This document shows positions 9,421-17,958 of a DNA stretch of 64,000 nucleotides, piece after piece. A program made the translations under genes and the position numbers. The first letter of the stretch is position 1. Every line of letters starts with the position of its first letter. The DNA is from Alphaproteobacteria bacterium (GTDB lineage Bacteria > Pseudomonadota > Alphaproteobacteria > Rs-D84), in assembly GCA_017524525.1 (NCBI GenBank), contig JAFXVM010000016.1, positions 45,165 through 109,164 of the forward strand, in the 5' to 3' direction. The notes beneath the pieces were generated by a model. That model did not search any database, was not told where the DNA came from, and saw only the letters and a program-made list of their open reading frames with translations.

Positions 9421-10080
9421 ATGCAAAATGTACCAAGAATATATATAGATGCAAACTTAGAATCGGGACAAAAGGTGCCTGTTGATAAAAGTGTTGTTCA
9501 TTATCTGTGTCGCGTTATGCGCAGAAATGATTGTTTAGTGTTTAATAATGGAATTGAATATCATGCTGTGGTAAGCGAAGATGATAAATTTTTGGTTGTC
9601 AAAGACAAGACGAATCATATTGACCCCAGCAATAATTTGACACTTTGTTTTGCACCAATTAAAAGATTGGATGATTTGTTGAATATGGCAACACAAATGG
9701 GGGTCCGTGCTTTACAGCCTGTGATAACTGAACGGACTGTGGCAAATCACATAAATTGGGAACGAATGAAAAAAATTATAATCGAAGCAGCAGAACAGTC
9801 GAATCGTAATAGTGTACCGAATTTATATGAACCAGTAAGGTTTGGTGATTTAGATTTAAATAATTTGGTTGTTGCTGATGAAAGATTTGCTCATGATACA
9901 GATGAAAAATCTTCAACGATTCGTTTTGACAGGGTCTTAGTTGGACCCGAAGGTGGTTTTTCACCAAAAGAATTTGAAAAACTGGACAGCGCAAATGTTG
10001 CAAAGATTTCTTTGGGCAAAACGGTTTTGCGCGCAGAAGTTGCAGCAGTGGTCGCAATAGCAAAGGTGTTGGATAAATGA
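9421..10080 (+). CDS. rsmE: 16S rRNA m3U1498 methyltransferase
   Basis: HYLCRVMR, EAAEQS, VGPEGGFS and LGKTVLRAEVA motifs. Confidence 0.93.
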   Translation: MQNVPRIYIDANLESGQKVPVDKSVVHYLCRVMRRNDCLVFNNGIEYHAVVSEDDKFLVVKDKTNHIDPSNNLTLCFAPIKRLDDLLNMATQMGVRALQPVITERTVANHINWERMKKIIIEAAEQSNRNSVPNLYEPVRFGDLDLNNLVVADERFAHDTDEKSSTIRFDRVLVGPEGGFSPKEFEKLDSANVAKISLGKTVLRAEVAAVVAIAKVLDK

Positions 10081-10787
10081 CGGTAAGATTGGCTAAATTT
10101 ATTGCTGATTGTGGTGTCGCTTCGCGGCGTGGTGCAGAAAGTTTGATAGAGCAGGGCGCAGTATCTGTTAATGGGAAAATTGTCGATAGCCCTGTATTTT
10201 TTGTGGAAGGAAATGAAAAAATTTGTGTCAATGGCAAAGAAATAAAAAGCAAAGAAGAAATAAAATTATATGCTTTTCATAAGCCTATTAATACAATGAC
10301 TACGACAAAAGATCCTATGGGGCGTAAAACAATATATGATGTATTAGAAAAAAAATATAAAAATTTAAAGTATGTTGGACGACTTGATTTTAAAACTACT
10401 GGTTTGTTATTGTTGACCAATAGTGGCGAATTGGCGCGCGAAATGTCTTTGCCTAAGAATCATATTCAGCGGACTTATATTGCTTCGGTAAATAGTTTTA
10501 CAGAAAAAAAATTAGATGTTGCGCGCAAAGGTGTTTGTATTGATGGTATAAAATATCGACCTATGAAAATAGAAGTTATAGACGCGCAAACTTTAAAGGT
10601 GACGGTTGAAGAAGGTAAAAAAAATGAAATAAGAATCGTATTGCGTTATATTGGTTCACCTGTGAAGGCTTTGCATCGTGTGGAATATGGGCCAATAAAA
10701 CTTGGGAATTTGGCGCGTGGAAAAATTTTGGAATTGGACAAGAAAACAATTGACCTGGTGTTTGAAAAATTGCTAGAATCAAAATAA
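10077..10787 (+). CDS. RsuA/RluB-family pseudouridine synthase
   Basis: S4 domain (RLAKFIADCGVASRR), GRLD catalytic motif, EGKKNEIR. Confidence 0.9.
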   Translation: MTVRLAKFIADCGVASRRGAESLIEQGAVSVNGKIVDSPVFFVEGNEKICVNGKEIKSKEEIKLYAFHKPINTMTTTKDPMGRKTIYDVLEKKYKNLKYVGRLDFKTTGLLLLTNSGELAREMSLPKNHIQRTYIASVNSFTEKKLDVARKGVCIDGIKYRPMKIEVIDAQTLKVTVEEGKKNEIRIVLRYIGSPVKALHRVEYGPIKLGNLARGKILELDKKTIDLVFEKLLESK

Positions 10788-10806
10788 AAGGGAAAGGGAG
10801 AGTTCC

Positions 10807-11769
10807 ATGAAAAAAGTAAAAAATACCAGAAACACAAAGGTTTCAACAAAAAAAGTTGTTGTTAAAGAGGCAGGTTGTTCTTGTGCTATGTGGTCTTGGG
10901 CTATATATGTGTATTGGTTTATAATCTTGTTCTTTATCGCTGCGACTTTCTATATCATTGGACGCAGTCAGGAATTTTTGCATCCTGCTGTGAATAATGT
11001 TGTCGTTACAGAAGAAGCATTGTTGATGCCCCAAGATTATATCGAATCTGCCAAAGAAAAGATTAATGCAGGTGATATAGATGCTGCTATTGTTGAATTG
11101 AATGCAGCTGTTGATTCAAATGCTAATAGTAATGTTTATACTTTGCGTGGTGAAGCATACATGCAAATGGGTGAATATCAAAAGGCTTTGGCTGATTTTG
11201 ATTCTGCTATAGAAGTAGATGGTATGAATGCGCTGGCTTTTTATGACAGGGCTTTGTTGAATACACGTCTTGAAAATTATGATGTCGCATTAACTGATAT
11301 AAATAATGCTTTGGCTGCACAATCAATGAAACCTGTGGAAACTTTATCTTTGCGTAATTTGTATGCAAAACGTGGACAATTGAATTTATGGTTGAAGAAT
11401 TGGCAGGGGGCTGTGGCTGATTATACAAATTCTTTGGCGCGTGCAGACGGCAGTGTTGTTGCGAATGTTTATGCAGAACGTGCAGAAGCATATACGGCAC
11501 TGGGTAAATATGAAGAAGCAATCGCAGATTATACATCTGCTGTGCGCGTGATATCTGAACAAATTCAGGCTGCATCCAGTCAAGAACAACGCGAATCTCA
11601 ATCAAGCAATGCGATGGCGTATTTTGAAAAGTCTGCCGCGCTTAATTTGCAATTAGGCAGAAAAGATGTTGCAAAAAATGATTTAGAATCTGCTTTTGCA
11701 ATTGCTGTTGCGTTGAATGATTCGGAAAGCATGGAAAGAATCCAAAACTTAATTAATGGGTTGAACTAA
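10807..11769 (+). CDS. Membrane-anchored TPR protein
   Basis: One TM helix followed by several TPR repeats (RGEAY...A.ADF). Confidence 0.8.
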   Translation: MKKVKNTRNTKVSTKKVVVKEAGCSCAMWSWAIYVYWFIILFFIAATFYIIGRSQEFLHPAVNNVVVTEEALLMPQDYIESAKEKINAGDIDAAIVELNAAVDSNANSNVYTLRGEAYMQMGEYQKALADFDSAIEVDGMNALAFYDRALLNTRLENYDVALTDINNALAAQSMKPVETLSLRNLYAKRGQLNLWLKNWQGAVADYTNSLARADGSVVANVYAERAEAYTALGKYEEAIADYTSAVRVISEQIQAASSQEQRESQSSNAMAYFEKSAALNLQLGRKDVAKNDLESAFAIAVALNDSESMERIQNLINGLN

Positions 11770-11798
11770 AAAATCCGCCAATATGGCGGATTTTTTTT
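11768..11798 (+). terminator. Intrinsic terminator insulating the thrS unit
   Basis: AAATCCGCCA-ATA-TGGCGGATTTTTTTT. Confidence 0.88.
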
Positions 11799-11825
11799 GA
11801 CTTTTGTTATAAATAGTAATACCAT
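11797..11825 (+). promoter_or_regulatory. Sigma70-type promoter of thr leader-thrS
   Basis: TTGACT(11797)-17-TACCAT(11820); predicted start site falls at about the ATG at 11833. Confidence 0.6.
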
Positions 11826-11832
11826 GTTAAAC

Positions 11833-11889
11833 ATGATTTATAAATTATTTATTTTTACAACGACTACTACAACCCCTTTGGGGGTCTAG
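11833..11889 (+). CDS. Thr-rich leader peptide MIYKLFIFTTTTTTPLGV
   Basis: Six tandem Thr codons ACA ACG ACT ACT ACA ACC; ends 84 nt before thrS. An alternative in-frame ATG lies at 11824. Confidence 0.8.
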   Translation: MIYKLFIFTTTTTTPLGV

Positions 11890-11973
11890 ATTTCTATATT
11901 GCGATAAATTTTCGCACGTATTATAATAACCAAGCAATTTAAAAAATTAATAAATAAAAAAAGAAGGTAAATT

Positions 11974-13707
11974 ATGTCTTATCCAATAGAATTAATTCGT
12001 CATTCACTGGCTCACGTGATGGCGGCTGCGGTTAAAAAATTACATCCAGAGGTTAAATTTGCAGGTGGTCCTGCAATAGAAAATGGTTTTTATTATGACT
12101 TTGATACTGAATACAGATTCAGCGAAGATGATTTTGCGGCTATTGAAAAAGAAATGAAGTCTTTGATTAAAAGTGATGGTCGATTCGAAAGACGCGAAAT
12201 TTCGTTAGCAGAAGCCAAAGAAATTTTCAAAGACCAACCATATAAAATGGAATGGTTAAACGAATATGATGCTAAAGGTGAAGCGTTATCAATTTATACT
12301 TTCCGTGATTTTACAGATTTGTGTCGTGGACCACACGTTGAATCAAGTAAAGATTTGCCAAAAGACGGATTCAAGATTCGTTCTGTGGCGGGTGCTTACT
12401 GGAAAGGCGATTCGAAAAATAAAATGTTGCAAAGAATTTATGTTGACGCTTTTGAATCCAAAGAAGAATTAGATAATTTTTTGAAAATGCAGGAAGAAGC
12501 AGCTGCGCGTGATAACCGTAAACTTGGTAAAGAAATGGATTTATTCCATTTTGAACCTGAATATGCTCCGGGTGCGGTGTTTTGGCACGACAAGGGGTAT
12601 AAAATTTATCGTAAATTGATTGAATATATTCGTATGCGTCAGGAAATGTCGGGTTATCAAGAAATTTCTACTCCGTCAGTTATGGATAGATGTTTGTGGG
12701 AAAAATCAGGACACTGGGCAAAATATGGTGCGCATAATTATTCTGGAACAACCCAAGATGGTAAGGTTTTTTGTGTAAAGCCTATGTCTTGTCCAGGGGG
12801 AATGTTAGTGTTCGGTCAAGGAATAAAATCTTATAAGGAATTGCCGTTGTATTTGGCTGAATTTGGTAAAGTAAATCGTTATGAAGCGGCTGGCGCTTTG
12901 TCTGGTTTGATGCGCGTGCGTGAATTTACTCAAGATGATGCACATATTTTCTGTACAGAAGAACAACTGGAAAGCGAGGTTGTCAAAATTTTACGTTTTA
13001 TCAAAGATATTTATGGAAAATTTGGATTTGAAAAAATTACTATGAAACTGGCTACGCGTCCGCTTTCTGAATTCCGTATCGGAAGTGATGAAGTTTGGGA
13101 CAAAGCTGAAGGTGCACTGAAAAACGCATTAGATAAAAATGGTATCGAATATGAAATCGCGGAAAATGATGCTGCTTTTTATGGACCAAAAATAGATAAT
13201 TATTTAAAAGATTCTATGGGACGTGTTTGGCAATGTGGTACAGTGCAACTAGATATGAATTTGCCGGAAAGATTTGATTTGTCTTATATCGGTGAAGATG
13301 GCGAAAAACATCGCCCAATTATGTTACATCGTGCTATGTTGGGGTCTATCGAACGTTTCTTTGGCATTTTGTTAGAATCTACAGGTGGCAATTTGCCACT
13401 ATGGTTATCTCCAGAGCCTGTTGTGGTTGTTCCTGTATCTGAAAAATACAAAGATTATGCGGATAAGGTTGTTGGTGATTTACGTGATGCTGGTATTTTT
13501 GCTCGCGCTGATTTACGCGATGAAAAGGTTAATTACAAAGTGCGTGAATTGTCTTTGTCAAAAACCCCGATTATCGCTGTGGTTGGTGAAAAGGAAATGG
13601 CGGACAAATCTGTCACGTTGCGTTATCTCGGTAGAGAAGGGCAAGAGGTTAAGTCTTTGGCCGAGTTTGTTGAATATATGAAAAATGCAGTTAAAATGCC
13701 GTTGTAA
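11974..13707 (+). CDS. thrS: Threonine--tRNA ligase (no N-terminal TGS domain)
   Basis: RHSLAH, DLCRGPHV, KPMSCP, RVREFTQDDAH, HRAMLGSIERF. Confidence 0.98.
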   Translation: MSYPIELIRHSLAHVMAAAVKKLHPEVKFAGGPAIENGFYYDFDTEYRFSEDDFAAIEKEMKSLIKSDGRFERREISLAEAKEIFKDQPYKMEWLNEYDAKGEALSIYTFRDFTDLCRGPHVESSKDLPKDGFKIRSVAGAYWKGDSKNKMLQRIYVDAFESKEELDNFLKMQEEAAARDNRKLGKEMDLFHFEPEYAPGAVFWHDKGYKIYRKLIEYIRMRQEMSGYQEISTPSVMDRCLWEKSGHWAKYGAHNYSGTTQDGKVFCVKPMSCPGGMLVFGQGIKSYKELPLYLAEFGKVNRYEAAGALSGLMRVREFTQDDAHIFCTEEQLESEVVKILRFIKDIYGKFGFEKITMKLATRPLSEFRIGSDEVWDKAEGALKNALDKNGIEYEIAENDAAFYGPKIDNYLKDSMGRVWQCGTVQLDMNLPERFDLSYIGEDGEKHRPIMLHRAMLGSIERFFGILLESTGGNLPLWLSPEPVVVVPVSEKYKDYADKVVGDLRDAGIFARADLRDEKVNYKVRELSLSKTPIIAVVGEKEMADKSVTLRYLGREGQEVKSLAEFVEYMKNAVKMPL

Positions 13708-13714
13708 AAGAGTA

Positions 13715-13734
13715 GGGCGCAATTTTTTGCGCCC
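13715..13734 (+). terminator. GC hairpin after thrS (no U-tract; stabiliser or weak terminator)
   Basis: GGGCGCAA-TTTT-TTGCGCCC. Confidence 0.5.
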
Positions 13735-13757
13735 ATTATGTATAAAAGGATAAATGG

Positions 13758-13895
13758 ATGAAAAAAATTGTTTTATTGCTTGGGTTGATTAGTGTTATTT
13801 GTGTCGCTGGATGTTGCAAATGCGAAAATGAACCCATCATAGAAGCCAATCATAAATTAATAGTTCCACCTAATTTTGGAAATATGCCAAAATAA
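13758..13895 (+). CDS. 45-aa lipoprotein
   Basis: Not in the ORF track. AAGGA RBS, MKKIVLLLGLISVICVAGC lipoprotein signal, LIVPPNF motif. Confidence 0.7.
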   Translation: MKKIVLLLGLISVICVAGCCKCENEPIIEANHKLIVPPNFGNMPK

Positions 13896-13960
13896 TTTTG
13901 GTTTATCGTTTTTTTGTGATATAATAGTCCCATAAGAAATTCAAACATGGGGGACTAATT

Positions 13961-14737
13961 ATGGATAAAGAAGAAAATTTAGATTTATTAGATTTGGAAG
14001 ATAATAACGAAGTGGATACTTTGCCAGAGGCAACGCCTTTTTCAAGCCCACGCCCGAAAAAACCTTGGTTATTGATGGGGTTGGGAATCGCTATTATCGT
14101 TTTAGCAACGTGGATTATTGTTGCAAAAATTGGTGGTGATTCAGATACCAGTGTCAGCGTTGATTTAGATACCCCAATTGAATCGGTTGATAATTCTGTT
14201 CAGCCAGTGGCTGATTTGAATGTACCTGCAAAACCAGTTGAACCTGTGGCACCGGTGGCAGTTGAACCTGTGACTCCTGTTGCAGTACCAGTTGCAGTTG
14301 AACAACCAAAACCAGTTGAAGCAAAACCAGTTGAAACAAATGGTGCGCCTGTGCGTGTTATCGAAGATAGAAAAGAAGTGACATTTAATCCAGATAAAGC
14401 AACAACGCAAAGTGCGCCTGCACAAAAGCCTGTTGCAAAAGCGCCAGCGAAAAAAACAAATACAGTGACTAAGACACAAACAGCAACTGCGGCAAATGGC
14501 AGCATTTATGTTCAGTTTGGCTCTTATAGTTCAAGGGCTGCAGCACAAAGTGCAGAACAAAAAATGCGTTCTTCACACAGCAATTTGTTTGGCGGTAAAC
14601 AATTTGTAATTTTGGCGGCTCAGGTCAAAGGTGCAACTACATATCGTTTGCGCGTTCCATTCCATAGCACGAATGAAGCAAATGGTTTTTGCAGAAATGC
14701 AAAATCTGATGGGCTTGATTGTTATGTGACAAAATAA
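13961..14737 (+). CDS. SPOR-domain cell division protein (FtsN-like architecture)
   Basis: TM helix, Pro/Val-rich linker, C-terminal YVQFGSY...YRLRV..C......DC SPOR domain. Confidence 0.8.
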   Translation: MDKEENLDLLDLEDNNEVDTLPEATPFSSPRPKKPWLLMGLGIAIIVLATWIIVAKIGGDSDTSVSVDLDTPIESVDNSVQPVADLNVPAKPVEPVAPVAVEPVTPVAVPVAVEQPKPVEAKPVETNGAPVRVIEDRKEVTFNPDKATTQSAPAQKPVAKAPAKKTNTVTKTQTATAANGSIYVQFGSYSSRAAAQSAEQKMRSSHSNLFGGKQFVILAAQVKGATTYRLRVPFHSTNEANGFCRNAKSDGLDCYVTK

Positions 14738-14749
14738 AAGGGGTAAAAC

Positions 14750-14947
14750 ATGAGAGGTGGTATTTGGGAAATAATTTTAATAGTTTTGTTGGTTTTGATT
14801 TTGTTTGGATCAGCCAAGATTCCTGCGATGGCGCGCAATATTGCACAAGGAATTAAGACTTTTAAAAACGAAGTCAAAGACGAACCTAAGAAAACAAAAA
14901 AAGTACAATCAAAAAAGGTGGTTAGCAAAACCAATAAAAAGAAATAG
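14750..14947 (+). CDS. tatA: Tat translocase TatA
   Basis: WE....LILFGSAKIP amphipathic pattern. Confidence 0.9.
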   Translation: MRGGIWEIILIVLLVLILFGSAKIPAMARNIAQGIKTFKNEVKDEPKKTKKVQSKKVVSKTNKKK

Positions 14948-14961
14948 TATTTTTGCCGTTT

Positions 14962-14990
14962 AAAAAAACCACCCATTTGGGTGGTTTTTT
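14962..14990. terminator. Bidirectional intrinsic terminator
   Basis: AAAAAAACCACCC-ATTT-GGGTGGTTTTTT. Confidence 0.88.
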
Positions 14991-15004
14991 GATGAAAAAG
15001 ATTT

Positions 15005-15436
15005 TTATCTTCTTTTTTGTTCATGTTCTTCTTGCTCTTCAATTGTCATTGTGGCAAGTGGTCGTGCCAGCATTCTTTGCAAACCAATTTCTTCACCAGA
15101 AATAACACTGTATCCGTATGTTCCTTTTTCGATGCGTTCCAATGCTGCATTTATTTTTTCAAGCAAATTAGATGTGCGTTCAGACATACGAAGGTTCATA
15201 GTGATTTCCTGTTCCGCGCTTGCTTGGTCTTGTTCGTCGCCAACACCAGCGGTTTCATTTTTTTCTGCCATTCTAACATCACTTAAGACCGATTCACGAT
15301 CTTGCAAAATTTCTTCGCGTTGAGAATTTAACAACTGGTAAAAATATGCCAATTGCTTTTCACACATATATGGTTCAGATTTTTTAGGTGTGTATTTAGA
15401 ATCTAATTCAAGTGTTTTATAATTGCTTTTTGCCAT
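15005..15436 (-). CDS. dksA: RNA polymerase-binding protein DksA
   Basis: EPYM..KQL.YF, DxxD tip (DEQD), GTYGY...GEEIG..R..ARP. Confidence 0.88.
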   Translation of the reverse strand: MAKSNYKTLELDSKYTPKKSEPYMCEKQLAYFYQLLNSQREEILQDRESVLSDVRMAEKNETAGVGDEQDQASAEQEITMNLRMSERTSNLLEKINAALERIEKGTYGYSVISGEEIGLQRMLARPLATMTIEEQEEHEQKRR

Positions 15437-15437
15437 G

Positions 15438-15758
15438 TTATGCCGCCTTTAATTCTTTTATCCATTGAGTTAATGTTTCTTCGTCCATAAGGCCAGTACG
15501 AGCTTCTTTTAATTCGCCATTTTTAAACGCTAAAACGCTTGGAATGCTGCGGATGCCGAATTTAGCAGGTGTGCGTCTGTTCGTATCATCTATTTCAAAT
15601 TTTACGAAATTCACATCGGTTTGTTCATCTGACACTGTTTCAAATATAGGTCCGAACATTTGACATGGACCACACCATGTTGCCCAGAAGTCCACCAATG
15701 TTAAACCATTCGTTATCATTGAATCAAACGTTTCGTCTGTCGCGTGTTTTAATGACAT
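15438..15758 (-). CDS. trxA: Thioredoxin
   Basis: WATWCGPC, GIRSIP; start at 15758 after an AAGGAG RBS. Confidence 0.95.
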   Translation of the reverse strand: MSLKHATDETFDSMITNGLTLVDFWATWCGPCQMFGPIFETVSDEQTDVNFVKFEIDDTNRRTPAKFGIRSIPSVLAFKNGELKEARTGLMDEETLTQWIKELKAA

Positions 15759-15832
15759 TTTTTTCTCCTTAATGTTATTGATATTTGAATTGAGTTTATT
15801 ATAATCATAGCAAAAAGCAAGAGAAAAACGAC

Positions 15833-16945
15833 ATGAAAAAATTCGTTTATGTAGATGCAAGTGCAAGTTGGCTTAAACCACAATCAGTGGTTGAAACTGA
15901 GACCGATTTTTTGGTAAAATCATATGCTAATGCTGGTCGTGGAATTTGTGAACGTGCCGAAAAAGTAGATGCGCTGGTTAATGAATCAAGGCGCACAGTT
16001 GCCGATTTTATTGGGGCTGACGAAAAAAATATCATTTTTACATCTGGGGCAACAGATGCGCTTAACAGAATTGTTGATATTGTTAAAAATACCTTTATAA
16101 ATAAAAATCTGGTAGTTGCGGTATCTGATTTGGATCATCACAGTGCGCGTCTTCCGTGGATGGCTTTGGAAAAACAGGGGGGGTGTAGAACTGTTTTAAT
16201 TCCGTTGGATAAAAACTTTAATTTAGATTTTGATAATATCCCATTTGCTGATGTATTTGTGATAACTGCGATGTCTAATGTATTAGGATATTCCCAAGAT
16301 GTTGTGCGTTTTATAAATACCGTGCGTGCGAAAAACCCGAATGCCATTACTGTGGTTGATGCATCTCAATATGTTGCGCATGAAAAAATAGATGTGAAAA
16401 AATTCGATTGTGATTTTTTGGTGTTTTCAGGACATAAAATTGGTGCGGATACTGGTGTTGGCGTAATGTATATAAAAAATCCAGATTTGTTCGATTGTGA
16501 TAAATTTGGTGGCGGAATGGTTAATCGTGTTTTGGGTGATGGAAATTTAATTTTAAATAAATCACCTGAAAAATTCGAAGCAGGGACTTTGCCAATTACA
16601 CAAATTGTTGGGCTGAGGGTTGCAATCAAAGAATTACAACAATGGGATGGAGGACAAGATATAATTGATTATATGTATAATGAATTATCAAAAATTGAAC
16701 ATGTAAAAATATTGTCTGTGAAAGGGGCATGTATTTTATCTTTTGTGGTACACGATATGCATGTTCTGGATTTTGGGGTTATGATGGGGGCGCGCGATAT
16801 TTGTTTGCGTGTTGGAAATATGTGTGCTTCGTGGATTCATAAAAAATTAGGCGTGGATGGCAGTATACGTATTTCTGTAGGACCTTGGAACACAATGGAA
16901 GATGCAAAATATATTATCGATAATATAAAAAAAGTTGTGGGGTAA
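15833..16945 (+). CDS. sufS: SufS-type cysteine desulfurase
   Basis: DHHS, DASQ, FSGHK (PLP Lys), FEAGT, RVGNMCA catalytic Cys. Confidence 0.85.
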   Translation: MKKFVYVDASASWLKPQSVVETETDFLVKSYANAGRGICERAEKVDALVNESRRTVADFIGADEKNIIFTSGATDALNRIVDIVKNTFINKNLVVAVSDLDHHSARLPWMALEKQGGCRTVLIPLDKNFNLDFDNIPFADVFVITAMSNVLGYSQDVVRFINTVRAKNPNAITVVDASQYVAHEKIDVKKFDCDFLVFSGHKIGADTGVGVMYIKNPDLFDCDKFGGGMVNRVLGDGNLILNKSPEKFEAGTLPITQIVGLRVAIKELQQWDGGQDIIDYMYNELSKIEHVKILSVKGACILSFVVHDMHVLDFGVMMGARDICLRVGNMCASWIHKKLGVDGSIRISVGPWNTMEDAKYIIDNIKKVVG

Positions 16946-16946
16946 T

Positions 16947-17261
16947 ATGGCATTTAATCGTGAAAGCATTATTGAAGAAATAAAGAAAGTTTATGACCCT
17001 GAAATTCCTGTGAATATTTGGGATTTAGGGCTTATTTATGATATTTCCATAAATGATGATGGTGTGGTTATAGAAATGACTTTTACTAGTCCTACGTGTC
17101 CAATGATGGAAGAAATTATGCAACAGGTTAAAGATAACGTTGAAACAATTACAGATGGTAAACCCGTGGATGTGAAATTGGTTTGGGAACCAGCGTGGGA
17201 TTTGTCTAGGATGAGCGAACAAGCCCGTATAGAATTAGATTTAACAGAGCAAGGGTGGTAA
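16947..17261 (+). CDS. DUF59/SufT-like Fe-S assembly protein
   Basis: DPEIPVNIWDLGLIY, TSPTCP, VWEPAW. Confidence 0.88.
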   Translation: MAFNRESIIEEIKKVYDPEIPVNIWDLGLIYDISINDDGVVIEMTFTSPTCPMMEEIMQQVKDNVETITDGKPVDVKLVWEPAWDLSRMSEQARIELDLTEQGW

Positions 17262-17264
17262 TTT

Positions 17265-17627
17265 ATGACTTATGGTGAAATAAAAGCGGCGTTGTCTTTG
17301 GTAAAAGAAGATGTTGAAAAATTGGAAATGGTGATGGATTTTGGAAAAAATCTTGAACCTGTACCAGTTGATGCAAAATGTACTGAAATTTTAGGATGTA
17401 CATCTTTTGTAAAAATATGCGAAAAAGATGGTCGTTTTTATGGTGTTGCCGATTCGGCTATGGTAAGGGGGATTGTTGCTATTATTTTGTCTATGGTGGA
17501 TGGTAAAAGCGTAGAAGAAATAAAAAAAATGGATTTATTGTGCGAATTTGATGGTCTTAATCTGCATTTTGGTGCTGCAAGATTAAATGGTGTGCAATCT
17601 ATGATTAGTTTTTTTAAGAATTTATGA
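17265..17627 (+). CDS. sufE: SufE family sulfur acceptor
   Basis: GCTS motif, DSAMVRG, RLNG. Confidence 0.82.
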   Translation: MTYGEIKAALSLVKEDVEKLEMVMDFGKNLEPVPVDAKCTEILGCTSFVKICEKDGRFYGVADSAMVRGIVAIILSMVDGKSVEEIKKMDLLCEFDGLNLHFGAARLNGVQSMISFFKNL

Positions 17628-17664
17628 TAAAATACTTACGAATAAGAAAAAGGAAAGGTTATTT

Positions 17665-17958
17665 ATGAGGGATGATGAAAAAATGTTCAACATAGGTGTT
17701 ACGATGTTATGCAGCGTAATTTGCCTTATTGCTTTTCTTCAAGTTTGTTATCGTGTGCAAAATAATAATTTGAATTCTGTTCGACGCAGTCTTGAAAATA
17801 CAAAGCAAGAATATGATATTGCAGGAACAAGATTTTCATCGCTTTCTTCGGCTGGGATGTTGCGGGGGTCTGTGATGGGTAATAATCCGCAGGCAGAAAC
17901 AGTGTCGTTCAGCAAAAATATTCGTATAGATGATATACCAATGGTGGAAGAACAATGA
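17665..17958 (+). CDS. FtsL-like small bitopic protein
   Basis: TM helix plus coiled coil, overlapping the ftsI start (ATGA). Confidence 0.55.
   Translation: MRDDEKMFNIGVTMLCSVICLIAFLQVCYRVQNNNLNSVRRSLENTKQEYDIAGTRFSSLSSAGMLRGSVMGNNPQAETVSFSKNIRIDDIPMVEEQ

Noticed and set aside
11872-11916. Classical terminator/antiterminator pair in the thrS leader
   Set aside because: Hairpins are present but no U-tract follows, so an intrinsic terminator cannot be claimed.
13706-13718. AAAAGAGTAGGGC, also present at 59435-59447
   Set aside because: A single 13-mer in unrelated structural contexts; may be chance.
15759-15866. N-terminal extensions in the ORF track (trxA, and similarly virD4, 24014, 29909, 38909, 56731, 61014)
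   Set aside because: Downstream starts have an RBS or promoter and give proper N-termini or signal peptides.
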